This document shows positions 18,536 through 27,705 of a stretch of 32,000 nt of DNA, one piece after another. The notes under the pieces are model-generated. The model was not told the DNA's origin, made no database searches, and worked only from the letters and a program-made list of their open reading frames with translations. The stretch is from NCBI RefSeq assembly GCF_018398935.1, contig NZ_CP074694.1, positions 4,500,001 to 4,532,000 on the forward strand, given 5' to 3'. This stretch comes from Telmatocola sphagniphila. GTDB lineage: Bacteria; Planctomycetota; Planctomycetia; Gemmatales; Gemmataceae. The translations under genes and the position numbers were made by a program. Numbering within the stretch: the first letter of the stretch is position 1; the number at the start of each line of letters is the position of its first letter.

Positions 18536-21500
18536 GTGCTAGCATCGAAACTGAAAAACTTCTTTTCGCAAGCAATACGTGATCGAGGCGTCGCTTATTT
18601 CTGCATGAATCATGTGAAGATTCTTTCGGGGAACAGCAAGCTTGTGCGAGCTCGCGTCGAAGGTAGCGATACTTATCAAGTCAATCTCTTTCGAAGCAAG
18701 GATCAAATGAACGCCTCCTGTACATGTCCCTATATGGACCGGTACGATGGGGCTTGTAAGCACATCTGGGCAACAATTCTGCAAGCGGAGAAACAAGGCT
18801 TTCTCAAAGGCGACAACAATCAAACGATCAAAAAGCTGCAGATTTTTGACACCAATCAAGATGACGAATTCGAGGAGTACGACACGCCCTACGAAGTCAA
18901 AATTTCGCCGCCAACCGCGACAACTCCCATCAGTCCTATTCCACCGCGGCCTGCTAGGGCGATTCTTTCTCCTCGCCAGGCCATCGGTTGGAAACAGGCG
19001 CTCTCTCATTTCAATGAAAAGGTAAATCCGCACCCAACTATCGCAAGTGCTCTTTTAGATCCAGGACACGCGATTTTCTACATTGTCGACTTACTGCGCA
19101 GCCGTGCCAATAAGCACCTCCTCATCGAATTGACGACTCGCTATCATCTGAAAAGTGGCCAGTGGAGCGAGCCGCGGAACTGGAGTCTGCCCAGACATAG
19201 CCTCGACCGCGTGGAGGACCTGCCCGATCGTCAGACGCTACAGGCGCTGGCTAAGGTTCGCGAAGAATCGGATCAGGCGCAGTACTACAACCCCTACCAC
19301 AGAAGTAAAATCTCAACCCGCTACGAGTTACCTCATCCACTCGGCGCTACGCTACTCCCGTTAGTCTGTGCGACGGGAAGATGCGTGCTCCGCGAAACAG
19401 AAAACAACGATTCCCTGCAAAAACTGCACTGGGACGGCCCTGATTTTTGGGAGTTCTGGTTAAAGGTCGCTCCCAGTGAATCGGGGAAATCCTACGAACT
19501 CCTCGGCGAACTTCGACGCGGTGAACAGCGCCTGGGATTGGAGGCGACTCGTTTGATTCTGCGCGGCGGTCTCGTCTTCTGGGAAGATCGTGTCGCGCCG
19601 CTGGAAGACGCCAATTGCTTCGAATGGATCGAGATGCTTCTGCGCCAGAAAAAAGTTCCCGTGCCTCTCGGCCAGAAGGAGCACTTTCTCAAGCAATTGC
19701 TTCAACTTCGGAATCTCCCCCGCCTCGATCTCCCGCAAGATATGCGCTTTGAAGAAGTCGCCCTGACGCCTCGACCTTTTCTGAAGATCCAACGCCAGAC
19801 CGAGCGATTTCGAAATCGCGACCGCAAGCAGGAAATGCTCGCAGGGGAACTTGCATTCGAGTACGGCCAGCACGTAATTTCTGCTCAGAGCAATCTGCCG
19901 GGAATTTACGAAGCCGATTCGCGAAAATTTATCCCTCGAGACCGAGTGTCCGAACAAAGTTACGCCGCAAAGACCCTCGAGGTCGGCTTTCTAAGGCACA
20001 GAGACGCTTCTCAGAGAGAAGTGCAGTTGATCTCCGCTTCCCAGCTTCCCGAAGCAGTCAACACACTACTTCGCGAAGGCTGGCGCGTCGAAGCTCAGGG
20101 AAAGCTGTGTCGTCCGGCGGGAAGCTATCAAGTTGACTTGCGCTCGGGGATCGATTGGTTCGAGCTGCATGGGAAAGTCAGTTTCGGTGAACACGAGGTG
20201 GCTTTTCCTCTGTTGATCGCCGCTTTGGAGCGCGGTGAAAACTTCGTCCCTCTGGGAGATGGCAGTTGTGGTTTATTGCCGGAAGAATGGCTGAATAAGT
20301 ACCTGCCACTGGCTCGGATGGGAACGACGGAAGGCGACCACGTTCGCTTTCGGCAGACCCAGGTCGGCTTGCTCGATGCTATGCTGGCCATGCAATCAGA
20401 AGTCAGTATTGACAAACGATTCGAGCAAGCCCGGGAACGACTCCGCCAGTTTCAGGGCATTGCGCCGCACGAAGCGCCCAACGGATTTACCGGAGATCTT
20501 CGCGTTTATCAACAAGAGGGTTTGGGATGGCTGCACTTCCTTCGCGAATTCGGCTTCGGCGGGTGCCTGGCCGATGACATGGGGTTGGGCAAGACGATCC
20601 AGGTCTTAGCACTTCTGGAAGCTCGCCGGCAGTTGCGTTGTAATGCCCGCAAAAAAAATAGACTGCCCCCTTCGCTGGTGGTAGTGCCTCGTTCGTTGAT
20701 TTTCAATTGGCAGTCGGAAGCTAGTCGTTTTACACCTAAGCTCCGGATCCTCGACAACAGCGGCCTCGGTCGAATTAAATCCACCGATCAATTCGAGAAT
20801 TACGATGTGATTCTGACGACTTACGGGACACTTCGTCGAGATATCCTCACGCTGAAAGATTATAAGTTCGATTACGCCATTCTCGACGAGGCCCAGGCGA
20901 TCAAAAATGGGAACAGTCTATCAGCCAAGTCCGCCCGGCTTATCAATGCAGATCATCGGCTGGCGATGAGCGGCACGCCGGTCGAGAATCATCTGGGAGA
21001 ATTGTGGAGCCTTTTCGAGTTTCTCAATCCCGGCATGCTTGGCAACACCTCCCAAATGGGCAAGTCCGATCTGGGTCTGGGTAAATCGAATGAAGAAGGG
21101 ACCGCGATCTTGGCCAAAGCGTTGCGTCCGTTCATTCTGCGGCGAACCAAAGAGCAGGTGGCCAAGGATTTACCGGAAAAGACTGAACAGACCATCTATT
21201 GCGATCTGGATCCCGATCAGCGGATGCTCTACGACGACCTTCGCGAACACTATCGAAGTTCCTTGCTAGGCCGGATCGCACGCGATGGCATCAACAAGTC
21301 AAAAATTCTGATTCTGGAAGCTTTGCTTCGGCTTCGACAGGCCGCCCTTCATCCCGGGCTGATCGATAAGGCGGAACAGTTCAACACTTCGAGCGCTAAA
21401 CTCGAAGTACTATTAGAACAGCTTCGAGAAGTTTTTCAGGAAGGCCATAAAACTCTCGTGTTCTCCCAGTTCACGAGCATGCTGGCGATCGTCAAGCATC

Positions 21501-21898
21501 GGCTGGACAAGGAAAAAATTCCCTACGCCTACCTGGATGGACAAACCAAAGACCGTCAGGAGCGCGTGCAACAATTCCAGAATGATCCCGACTGCAAAGT
21601 GTTCTTGATCAGTCTGAAAGCGGGGGGCGTCGGTCTGAATCTGACGGCGGCCGATTATATCTTCCTACTGGATCCCTGGTGGAATCCGGCCGTGGAGAGT
21701 CAAGCGATAGACCGAGCCCATCGCATCGGCCAGACTCGCCCCGTCTTTGCGTATCGGTTGATCGCCCGGAATACCGTCGAAGAAAAGGTTCTTGAACTTC
21801 AATCGAAAAAGCGGGCTCTAGCCGATGCGATTATCAACGCCGACAACAGCCTCATCCGGAATCTGGGCCGGGAAGATCTGGAGTTACTACTTTCCTGA
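18536..21898 (+). CDS. SNF2-family helicase with N-terminal SWIM zinc finger and SNF2-helicase-associated domain
   Basis: SWIM motif CTCPYMDRYDGACKH. Helicase motifs are LADDMGLGKT (I), DEAQAIKN (II), LAMSGTPVEN (III), C-terminal FSQFTSML, LISLKAGGVGLNLTAADYIFLLDPWWNP and QAIDRAHRIGQ (VI). 1120 aa, GTG start. Confidence 0.9.
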   Translation: MLASKLKNFFSQAIRDRGVAYFCMNHVKILSGNSKLVRARVEGSDTYQVNLFRSKDQMNASCTCPYMDRYDGACKHIWATILQAEKQGFLKGDNNQTIKKLQIFDTNQDDEFEEYDTPYEVKISPPTATTPISPIPPRPARAILSPRQAIGWKQALSHFNEKVNPHPTIASALLDPGHAIFYIVDLLRSRANKHLLIELTTRYHLKSGQWSEPRNWSLPRHSLDRVEDLPDRQTLQALAKVREESDQAQYYNPYHRSKISTRYELPHPLGATLLPLVCATGRCVLRETENNDSLQKLHWDGPDFWEFWLKVAPSESGKSYELLGELRRGEQRLGLEATRLILRGGLVFWEDRVAPLEDANCFEWIEMLLRQKKVPVPLGQKEHFLKQLLQLRNLPRLDLPQDMRFEEVALTPRPFLKIQRQTERFRNRDRKQEMLAGELAFEYGQHVISAQSNLPGIYEADSRKFIPRDRVSEQSYAAKTLEVGFLRHRDASQREVQLISASQLPEAVNTLLREGWRVEAQGKLCRPAGSYQVDLRSGIDWFELHGKVSFGEHEVAFPLLIAALERGENFVPLGDGSCGLLPEEWLNKYLPLARMGTTEGDHVRFRQTQVGLLDAMLAMQSEVSIDKRFEQARERLRQFQGIAPHEAPNGFTGDLRVYQQEGLGWLHFLREFGFGGCLADDMGLGKTIQVLALLEARRQLRCNARKKNRLPPSLVVVPRSLIFNWQSEASRFTPKLRILDNSGLGRIKSTDQFENYDVILTTYGTLRRDILTLKDYKFDYAILDEAQAIKNGNSLSAKSARLINADHRLAMSGTPVENHLGELWSLFEFLNPGMLGNTSQMGKSDLGLGKSNEEGTAILAKALRPFILRRTKEQVAKDLPEKTEQTIYCDLDPDQRMLYDDLREHYRSSLLGRIARDGINKSKILILEALLRLRQAALHPGLIDKAEQFNTSSAKLEVLLEQLREVFQEGHKTLVFSQFTSMLAIVKHRLDKEKIPYAYLDGQTKDRQERVQQFQNDPDCKVFLISLKAGGVGLNLTAADYIFLLDPWWNPAVESQAIDRAHRIGQTRPVFAYRLIARNTVEEKVLELQSKKRALADAIINADNSLIRNLGREDLELLLS

Positions 21899-21938
21899 CG
21901 CATATTAAAAGAAGGATTAGCAGGATATCCTCAAGAGT

Positions 21939-22583
21939 TCATCGAAGATGAACTCTTGCAAACGTTTCATAAAGCAGCAGTGGTACCAGCCAACTACACC
22001 AACTGGCGATGATGTAGGCAATCTCGGCATTAGAAATTTCGTAAAGACTCAAAGTGCCCGAGATCAGACGGAGCGTTATGGCCGAGCAGATCAGTACATA
22101 ACTGCGCTGCATCCAACGGCGGTGGAGTCCGAAACTCCTTCGACGAGCGTAGTGAACACCAAGAGTCGTGCTAATGGCCGTGGTGAGAGTAAGGAGAAAA
22201 AAGCTCAGGCCCGACCAGAAACCGGCAAAGGCAAAGCAAGCCATGATCAGGCTGCTGGGAAGAAAAAGGATTAGCAGAACCAGCACCTGAACCCAGCCCA
22301 GAAAACGATGTGTGGCCCGATAACGCGAGCGAAGAGTATCGCTGAGAAGAAATAATCCGTTGAGGAGAACGAGCGGTCCGGTGAAGATGTGGATATAAAA
22401 AGCCAGCGGGTAAATACCCGAAAATGTCTTTTCCCGACCGAGCAGAAAGAGCGATTCAAAATTCGGGGGGAAGTAATCAGGATAGTTGGAGAATATCGCA
22501 AATAGGGTCTGAAGAATCAACAGCACGGCCAGGACGCGAAGCGCTTGGATAAGGATAGTCAATCTCACCAGGAAGATCCCCAT
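21939..22583 (-). CDS. DUF2306-like integral membrane protein
   Basis: 214 aa, about 6 TM helices. YIHIFTGPLVLLNGLFLL...RYRATHRFLGWVQVLVLL...HRRWMQRSYVLICSAITLRL resembles the DUF2306 pattern (HRwlGrvyv ... HrrWM.R.y). It overlaps the upstream gene by 19 nt. Confidence 0.6.
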   Translation of the reverse strand: MGIFLVRLTILIQALRVLAVLLILQTLFAIFSNYPDYFPPNFESLFLLGREKTFSGIYPLAFYIHIFTGPLVLLNGLFLLSDTLRSRYRATHRFLGWVQVLVLLILFLPSSLIMACFAFAGFWSGLSFFLLTLTTAISTTLGVHYARRRSFGLHRRWMQRSYVLICSAITLRLISGTLSLYEISNAEIAYIIASWCSWLVPLLLYETFARVHLR

Positions 22584-23371
22584 CGCTCTCTTTCGGCACC
22601 GGCTATGGTGATTGCAGCCGCAAGCACAGTAGGGTCGAAATTTGCCGAGATCTCGCGAACAGATCCGTCAAGTTTCCCAACTAACATTCTACTCTCGTGC
22701 GTGTAGAAGGGTCTTCGTTCTCCAGTTAATGGCAGATCGGTCGGATCGAAACCTCGTAAATTGGATGGTCCTCCTCGAGCCCAGTGCTCCAGCTTTGTGT
22801 GAATTTCCATCACGGCAATCGTGTTGGAGATGCCATCCGTTATTGACTCAAAAGATGTCAAGCGATCGTATCCCATAAAACCGTTGCCCCAAGCTCCCGC
22901 TAAGCGGCCGGGAGCATCCAACCCGAGACCAGCCATGGCGATGTAGTTGGTCGAAATTGGGGATTCTGTTTTTCGATTATTACTAGGACACACGTAGGAC
23001 AAAATGGATACATCGAGGAGAGATTGATTGTTGGCGAAATCTTTGTTGCAGTCTAACTGCTTATAGAGATTGCCTTCCTCCACATACGGCAGTATGGAAA
23101 CCATCCAGCTGAGGCAATCTTCTGGATTAGTTCCAGGTCCGATGCAACCGGTGGGAAACCAACCTTTCAGAGGTTCATTGGGACTACTATTAGATTCAAA
23201 TTTCAGAATTCCAAGCAGGATTCCCTTAAAATTGTTCCGACATTTCATCGAGTCGGCTAATCCACGAAGATCCCGCGCTTTCGGAAGGAATAATGCGAGA
23301 GCAACAAAAACAATTCCGAGTACTACCAAGACTTCGATCAATCGCAAGCCTTGGCGAGCGGTTGGGAACAT
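22565..23371 (-). CDS. DUF1559-like protein with type IV prepilin-like N-terminus (short divergent subfamily), paralog 1
   Basis: MFPTARQG|LRLIEVLVVLGIVFVALALFLP (G/hydrophobic cleavage-type motif with Glu at +5). Further motifs are MKCRNNFKGI, SWMVSILPYVEE, CPSN, ITDGISNTIAVME, LDGSVREIS and the C-terminal AAAITIAGAE. Confidence 0.8.
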   Translation of the reverse strand: MFPTARQGLRLIEVLVVLGIVFVALALFLPKARDLRGLADSMKCRNNFKGILLGILKFESNSSPNEPLKGWFPTGCIGPGTNPEDCLSWMVSILPYVEEGNLYKQLDCNKDFANNQSLLDVSILSYVCPSNNRKTESPISTNYIAMAGLGLDAPGRLAGAWGNGFMGYDRLTSFESITDGISNTIAVMEIHTKLEHWARGGPSNLRGFDPTDLPLTGERRPFYTHESRMLVGKLDGSVREISANFDPTVLAAAITIAGAERERWGSSW

Positions 23372-23435
23372 GGCGTAACCTCGATACCATGGCTGACCAA
23401 TTTGAAACTATTGCTGATTGGCGAAAGAGTTTTTA

Positions 23436-24239
23436 TCAATTCGAATTCCAATCAATTTCCTCTCCACCGTCGATGGTGATGGCCGCGGCAATTATCCGAG
23501 GATCGCAATCAAACCGAATTGATCGAAATGAACCATCCACTAGGAGAGTGTGCAGAGTCTGATGGTTGCTAAAAATCGGCCTTCCTTCGCCGAGAAGCGG
23601 GAGATCGGTAGTATCAAAACCTCGCAGGTTAGATGGCCCGCCTTGAGCCCAGGTGCCGTTATGACTGTGCAAGTCCATTAAAGTTATAGTATTTGAAGCA
23701 CCATCTTTGATCATTTCAAGAGTGGTCAAACGATCAAAACCCATGAAGCCGTTTCCTGCAACTCCGGGTGGACGAGATGCAGCATCGACTCCAATTCCGG
23801 CCATGCTCACGTAAGTCGTGATCGCGCTGGCGTTATTTAATCTTGTATACGTCGGGCAGAGATAAATTCCAATTAGTCGATTAAGTAAAGAATAATTGCC
23901 ACCATAATTTTTTGTTAAATCCAATTGCGCAAATAATTCCTGTTCTTCGACGTAGGGAAGTAATGCTACCATCCAACTGAGGCGTTCTTCCGGCTCGTTG
24001 CCAAATCCCATGCAACCTGTGGGAAAATATTGCTTCAACGAATCGTTGGAATTCGAAGCCTCATGAAAATTACTTAGGGCCAGCCCAATTTGTTTGAGAT
24101 TATTGGCACACTTCATCCTTTCCGCAGGGATTCGAACATTGCGAACACTCGGTAGAAAGAGTCCAATCGCAACTAAGACAATTCCCAGTAAAACTAAGAC
24201 TTCAATCAGACGGAATCCTTGACGGGCGGTTGGGAACAT
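23436..24239 (-). CDS. DUF1559-like protein with type IV prepilin-like N-terminus, paralog 2
   Basis: MFPTARQG|[90 protein letters not shown]. Confidence 0.8.
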   Translation of the reverse strand: MFPTARQGFRLIEVLVLLGIVLVAIGLFLPSVRNVRIPAERMKCANNLKQIGLALSNFHEASNSNDSLKQYFPTGCMGFGNEPEERLSWMVALLPYVEEQELFAQLDLTKNYGGNYSLLNRLIGIYLCPTYTRLNNASAITTYVSMAGIGVDAASRPPGVAGNGFMGFDRLTTLEMIKDGASNTITLMDLHSHNGTWAQGGPSNLRGFDTTDLPLLGEGRPIFSNHQTLHTLLVDGSFRSIRFDCDPRIIAAAITIDGGEEIDWNSN

Positions 24240-24486
24240 GTGGTATCCTCACGCGAGATATTTTATCAAGCTCACCAGTTGAATAACCAAGAATGATCAT
24301 ACCTCGTAAGTAACATCCTCTCCAAATAATTCCTTGCAGTCAGCTTACGGCCGAGGTCGGCATTCCTGAATCGAGTACCAATCTATTGTCTCACCACCTG
24401 CGATTGTAATCAAAGCGGAGAGTACTTCTGGATTGCAGTCAGACCGCAGAGAATGAACAGTACCATCGCACATCCCGACAACAATA

Positions 24487-24494
24487 GATTTTCC
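24487..24494. repeat. Target-site duplication GATTTTCC (left copy) of IS66-family copy 2
   Basis: Identical 8-mer at 26020-26027, abutting the element ends. Confidence 0.8.
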
Positions 24495-26019
24495 GTAATC
24501 TTTCACTCTCCTGAACTGAGCTTCACGGGTAGAGCAGGTAGTTTCCCTGTAAGCGTGTAGGTGCGGAGGGCCGATTCGGTCTCCTTTAAAGGATCCAGGT
24601 CCCGTAACTTCAGGGTGCGATAAATGCTCATCAGAATGCTTCGCGTCCGAGCCCCCTGCTGGCTGTAACTGCCGAAACTGACTTTCCGCATCATCACGCC
24701 CGGTCGGATTTCTCGCTCCCCCTTATTGTTGCTCTTGGGCACTCCCTCTATTTCCAGAAACGTTAATAGATCGTCGCCGTAATCGAACAAACGCTTGGCC
24801 AATCTCCGGGCGTGGCGGTTCGTCCACGGTCGCACCGCCAAATCGGTGATCCGCGTCTTAAGCCGCAGCAATCGGCTGTCGTAGCTCTCCTGTTGCAACT
24901 CTTCGATACCCGCCTCCAAACGCACGGCATCGGCGTAAATCCGCCACAGTTTCTTGCAGAATTCTGGCCAATCCTCGCCGCTTTCAGAGCCTTCATCGAC
25001 CGCCGTCAAATCCCGCAACAAGTGAGGCCAACACTTCTGACGCTTCTGGGTCACGATGTCGTACGCTTTCCAGAAGTCGCTGACCAGAACGCCCTGGAAG
25101 GCTTCCGTGAAGAAGACCTTCAAGGCCTCGTGACCCCGCTTGGGGTGAATCCGATAATAGGTCGCATCGTCCCGCGCAAAACACCACAGCCAGGACGTCA
25201 CTCCTTCGGTTCGCCAGCCGGTCTCATCGGCGTGCAGGACGCCGGCCAAAAGGCATTCGCGGTGAATCTGCTCGTACCAGGGTTCGAGTACCTCGGCCAG
25301 ACGGTGCCAGATTTCGGTCAAGCCGCCCGCGCTGAGTTTCATCTGAAGGTGGCCGTTGAAGACCTCCAGGATCTGACTCGTCGTGGTACCCAGTCCGTAG
25401 TGCAGCCAGGCCGACAGGACCGTAGTTCGATGGCCCAGCTGACAGCCTGGCAGAGCGTCGGGAACAACCGGTTCGACCTGCTTTTTGCACTTGGGACACC
25501 AGTCGCGATGAATCGTGTGTTCGGTCGTCTGAGCGTGCAAATCGTCGGGAATATCTTCGATGATCCTTAGGCGTTGGCGGTCGGTGCGTTGCAGAGCTCC
25601 CTGGCAGCAGGGACAGACCTCCAGTTGGTGGGTCTGGCGTTTATCGATGCGGGTGGGAATTGGGCGATAATGACCGTCGTGTCCAGGCTTGGGGCCGGCT
25701 TTTCCCTTCTTTTTCTTGGGATTCGCATTCGGCTTTAAGTAGGGAGCGATGGATCCCGAGGGAGTGTTTGGCCCCAGAGGTATCGTGCCTGCAGCGACCG
25801 CGACGCTCAGTTGGAGCAACAGAAACTGCAATTCCAGGGGATCTCGATGAACGAATTCCCGAGCTTGTTCCGACGTCAGCTTTCCGCTTCGGAACGCTAA
25901 AAGGAAAGCGGGATCGAGAACGGGAGTTTCCGTCGAAGTTGGAATCGCAGAAGCCATGACGAAGTGATAGCAAATCGCAATCCCTCGCGCAAGACCAGTT
26001 CAGGGAAGTGAAAGGTTTC
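24495..26019 (-). mobile_element. IS66-family insertion sequence, single-ORF type, copy 2 (intact)
   Basis: Ends are GTAATCTTTCACTCTCCTGAACTGAGC (left) and GAAACCTTTCACTTCCCTGAACTGGTC (reverse complement of the right end). The 8-bp TSD is GATTTTCC. It carries an intact 484-aa transposase. Confidence 0.9.
24503..25957 (-). CDS. IS66-family transposase (TnpC-like DDE enzyme)
   Basis: 484-aa uninterrupted ORF with zinc-finger CPCCQG...CPKCKK, HADETGWR, WLWCFARDDATYY, GVLVSDFWKAYD and CWPHLLRDL motifs characteristic of IS66 transposases. Confidence 0.9.
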   Translation of the reverse strand: MASAIPTSTETPVLDPAFLLAFRSGKLTSEQAREFVHRDPLELQFLLLQLSVAVAAGTIPLGPNTPSGSIAPYLKPNANPKKKKGKAGPKPGHDGHYRPIPTRIDKRQTHQLEVCPCCQGALQRTDRQRLRIIEDIPDDLHAQTTEHTIHRDWCPKCKKQVEPVVPDALPGCQLGHRTTVLSAWLHYGLGTTTSQILEVFNGHLQMKLSAGGLTEIWHRLAEVLEPWYEQIHRECLLAGVLHADETGWRTEGVTSWLWCFARDDATYYRIHPKRGHEALKVFFTEAFQGVLVSDFWKAYDIVTQKRQKCWPHLLRDLTAVDEGSESGEDWPEFCKKLWRIYADAVRLEAGIEELQQESYDSRLLRLKTRITDLAVRPWTNRHARRLAKRLFDYGDDLLTFLEIEGVPKSNNKGEREIRPGVMMRKVSFGSYSQQGARTRSILMSIYRTLKLRDLDPLKETESALRTYTLTGKLPALPVKLSSGE

Positions 26020-26027
26020 GATTTTCC
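26020..26027. repeat. Target-site duplication GATTTTCC (right copy) of IS66-family copy 2
   Basis: Identical to 24487-24494. Confidence 0.8.
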
Positions 26028-26973
26028 AACATGCTCGAAGAACGGTCTTTTATCGCCAGCTAGAGGCAAATCGACTGGATCGAAACCCCGCAAATTCGAG
26101 CAACCTCCCTGAGCCCAGGGACCAAGGTTACTGTGAGATTCCATCAATAGGATCGTATTCGAAAGCCCATCCTTTATCATTTCGAAGGTACAGGAGCGGT
26201 CGAAACCCATGACGCCGTTTCCGGCAGCACCTTCGGGCCGCAGTGGTGCATCGAGTCCGATCCCAGCCATCGCATAGTAATTAGATAATGGACTTGGTTT
26301 GTTCTCGGTTGCGAACGATGCGCAAAGAAAAGTCTTCAGTGGAACATCAAGTAATGCTTTATTGCCGACATACCCTTTGTCGAGTTGAACTCGGTTGTAC
26401 ATATTTCCCTGATCCAGGTAGGGCAGCAAAGTGACCATCCAGCTGAGACGATCCTCCGGCTGATCTCCCAATCCAGAGCAGCCGATCGGAAATCTTTTTT
26501 TAGAGGATTCATTGGATGCTTGACATGCGAATTCATTCATGGCTATCAAGAGTCTTTTGAAATTGTTCTGACAACTCGATTTCTCAGCGGCGCCTCGAAT
26601 ATTCCGGAGCTTAGGCAAGAACAATGCCATGGCAAAAAGCAGAATTCCGACGACCACGATTACTTCAATCAGACGGAATCCTTGACGGGCGGTTGGGAAC
26701 ATGGCGAAACCTCAACTAACGGTGTAGACTGGTTGTACTTTAACGAAATCAGAGAGGGTTGTCACGGGAAAGTTCAAAACGAGACGAAGCCCGTTCAACG
26801 TGTGCAACGGCGGCACACATTTGAACCGGCTTCTTCACCGCGATTCGGAATTCGCTATCTCAATTTCCGTCAAATAAACTTGCAGTTTGTCACACTTGGG
26901 GTTAAAGTAACAGCAATGCAAATGTTCAATACAGAACATTTTGTTCTCATTAGAACTGATCGAATCTGTGGCC

Positions 26974-27705
26974 ATGTCTGAGAAATCTCGTCGCTTCTTC
27001 GGTGAAATTCTTAAGGAGGAACGACTGCGCGCCGGCCTAACCCAAGCTGGACTCGCTCGACAATCCCAAGTCCATCGGCTCAAAATAGTTCGAATCGAAA
27101 CGGCCGAATACTCCCCGGTTTGGGAAGAACTTTTGCAACTGGCTGCAGCGCTACGAGTACCAATTCAGAAATTCATCACTGGTAAAACAAGGCCCCCGGG
27201 CGGTCTGAAGGGAATAGCACAGGAGCTTTATCAACTCGGGATCAAAGATTATGTGGTAGAAGGAGCTCTGGTGCCGGGAGCCTTCCGTCGAATCGAGGAA
27301 GTAATTGCCTTGGTCTTACGGGGTGATCGCCCGGATTCCCGGATCGTGGATGCTCTACCGCTAGTCCTGGCCAATCAGGAACTGAATATCGGATTAGCTT
27401 TTGCTTTCGCAAAACTCTACGATCGACGCGTGCGGGTGAGACTCGCCTGGTTGTGCGATGTCACAATCGCGCTGAGTCGACTTCCTGATTTTCCAATTCC
27501 GATTTCTTACCCCGAAGTGTTAGAGAAAATTACGAAGCGCGTGAAGAAGCCTACCGAGCCAGACGATTTAGGACTGGCGGGCAAGCAAAGAGTGAGCAGT
27601 CCGATTTGGAGACGCTGGAACATCACCTACGCAGGAACGATGGAGAGTTTTCAAATTCGATTGAGAGAGCTAACTGCCAGGGAGACTAAAGGGGAAAGGC
27701 TTTGA
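26974..27705 (+). CDS. XRE-family HTH protein with uncharacterised C-terminal domain (putative antitoxin/regulator)
   Basis: FGEILKEERLRAGLTQAGLARQSQVHRLKIVRIETAEYSPVWEELLQLAAALRVPIQKFI is a typical XRE HTH. A roughly 170-aa unknown domain follows. The stop overlaps the TTG of the next ORF (TTGA). The start is chosen at ATG 26974; the ORF opens at 26941. Confidence 0.65.
   Translation: MSEKSRRFFGEILKEERLRAGLTQAGLARQSQVHRLKIVRIETAEYSPVWEELLQLAAALRVPIQKFITGKTRPPGGLKGIAQELYQLGIKDYVVEGALVPGAFRRIEEVIALVLRGDRPDSRIVDALPLVLANQELNIGLAFAFAKLYDRRVRVRLAWLCDVTIALSRLPDFPIPISYPEVLEKITKRVKKPTEPDDLGLAGKQRVSSPIWRRWNITYAGTMESFQIRLRELTARETKGERL

Larger units (their letters stand above)
24345..26702 (-). pseudogene. 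DUF1559-like paralog 3, interrupted by IS66-family copy 2
   Basis: The N-terminal part 26020-26702 (MFPTARQGFRLIEVIVVVGILLF...PFFEHVGKS) and the C-terminal part 24345-24494 (GKSIVVGMCDGTVHSLRSDCNPEVLSALITIAGGETIDW...*) join in frame. After removing the IS and one copy of the 8-bp duplication the gene is 825 nt = 275 codons. Confidence 0.85.

Noticed and set aside
18536-21898. SNF2 helicase as the core of a defence system (Zorya ZorD, DISARM DrmD or BREX-like)
   Set aside because: No partner genes are adjacent: no methyltransferase, no MotAB-like ZorAB, no PLD/DUF1998, no PglZ. The neighbours are a small membrane protein and a VOC enzyme. The SWIM+SNF2+helicase-associated architecture is a common stand-alone bacterial protein.
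24812-25570. 252-aa plus-strand ORF inside the IS66 transposase (also 1511-2188 in copy 1)
   Set aside because: It is antisense to a strongly supported transposase ORF and has no recognisable domain. IS66 accessory genes (tnpA/tnpB) would be co-oriented and upstream, not antisense.
1114-26019. Composite transposon formed by the two IS66 copies
   Set aside because: Each IS has its own matching 8-bp TSD, and the outer flanks (AAGCGATG ... GATTTTCC) do not match each other. The intervening genes look like ordinary chromosomal content.
25641-26702. 353-aa ORF that looks like an unusually long DUF1559 protein
   Set aside because: It is a read-through artefact. The first roughly 227 codons are the DUF1559 gene. 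The remainder is out-of-context translation of the IS66 end (identical text appears in ORF 2259-2777 at the other IS copy). The true C-terminus lies at 24345-24494.
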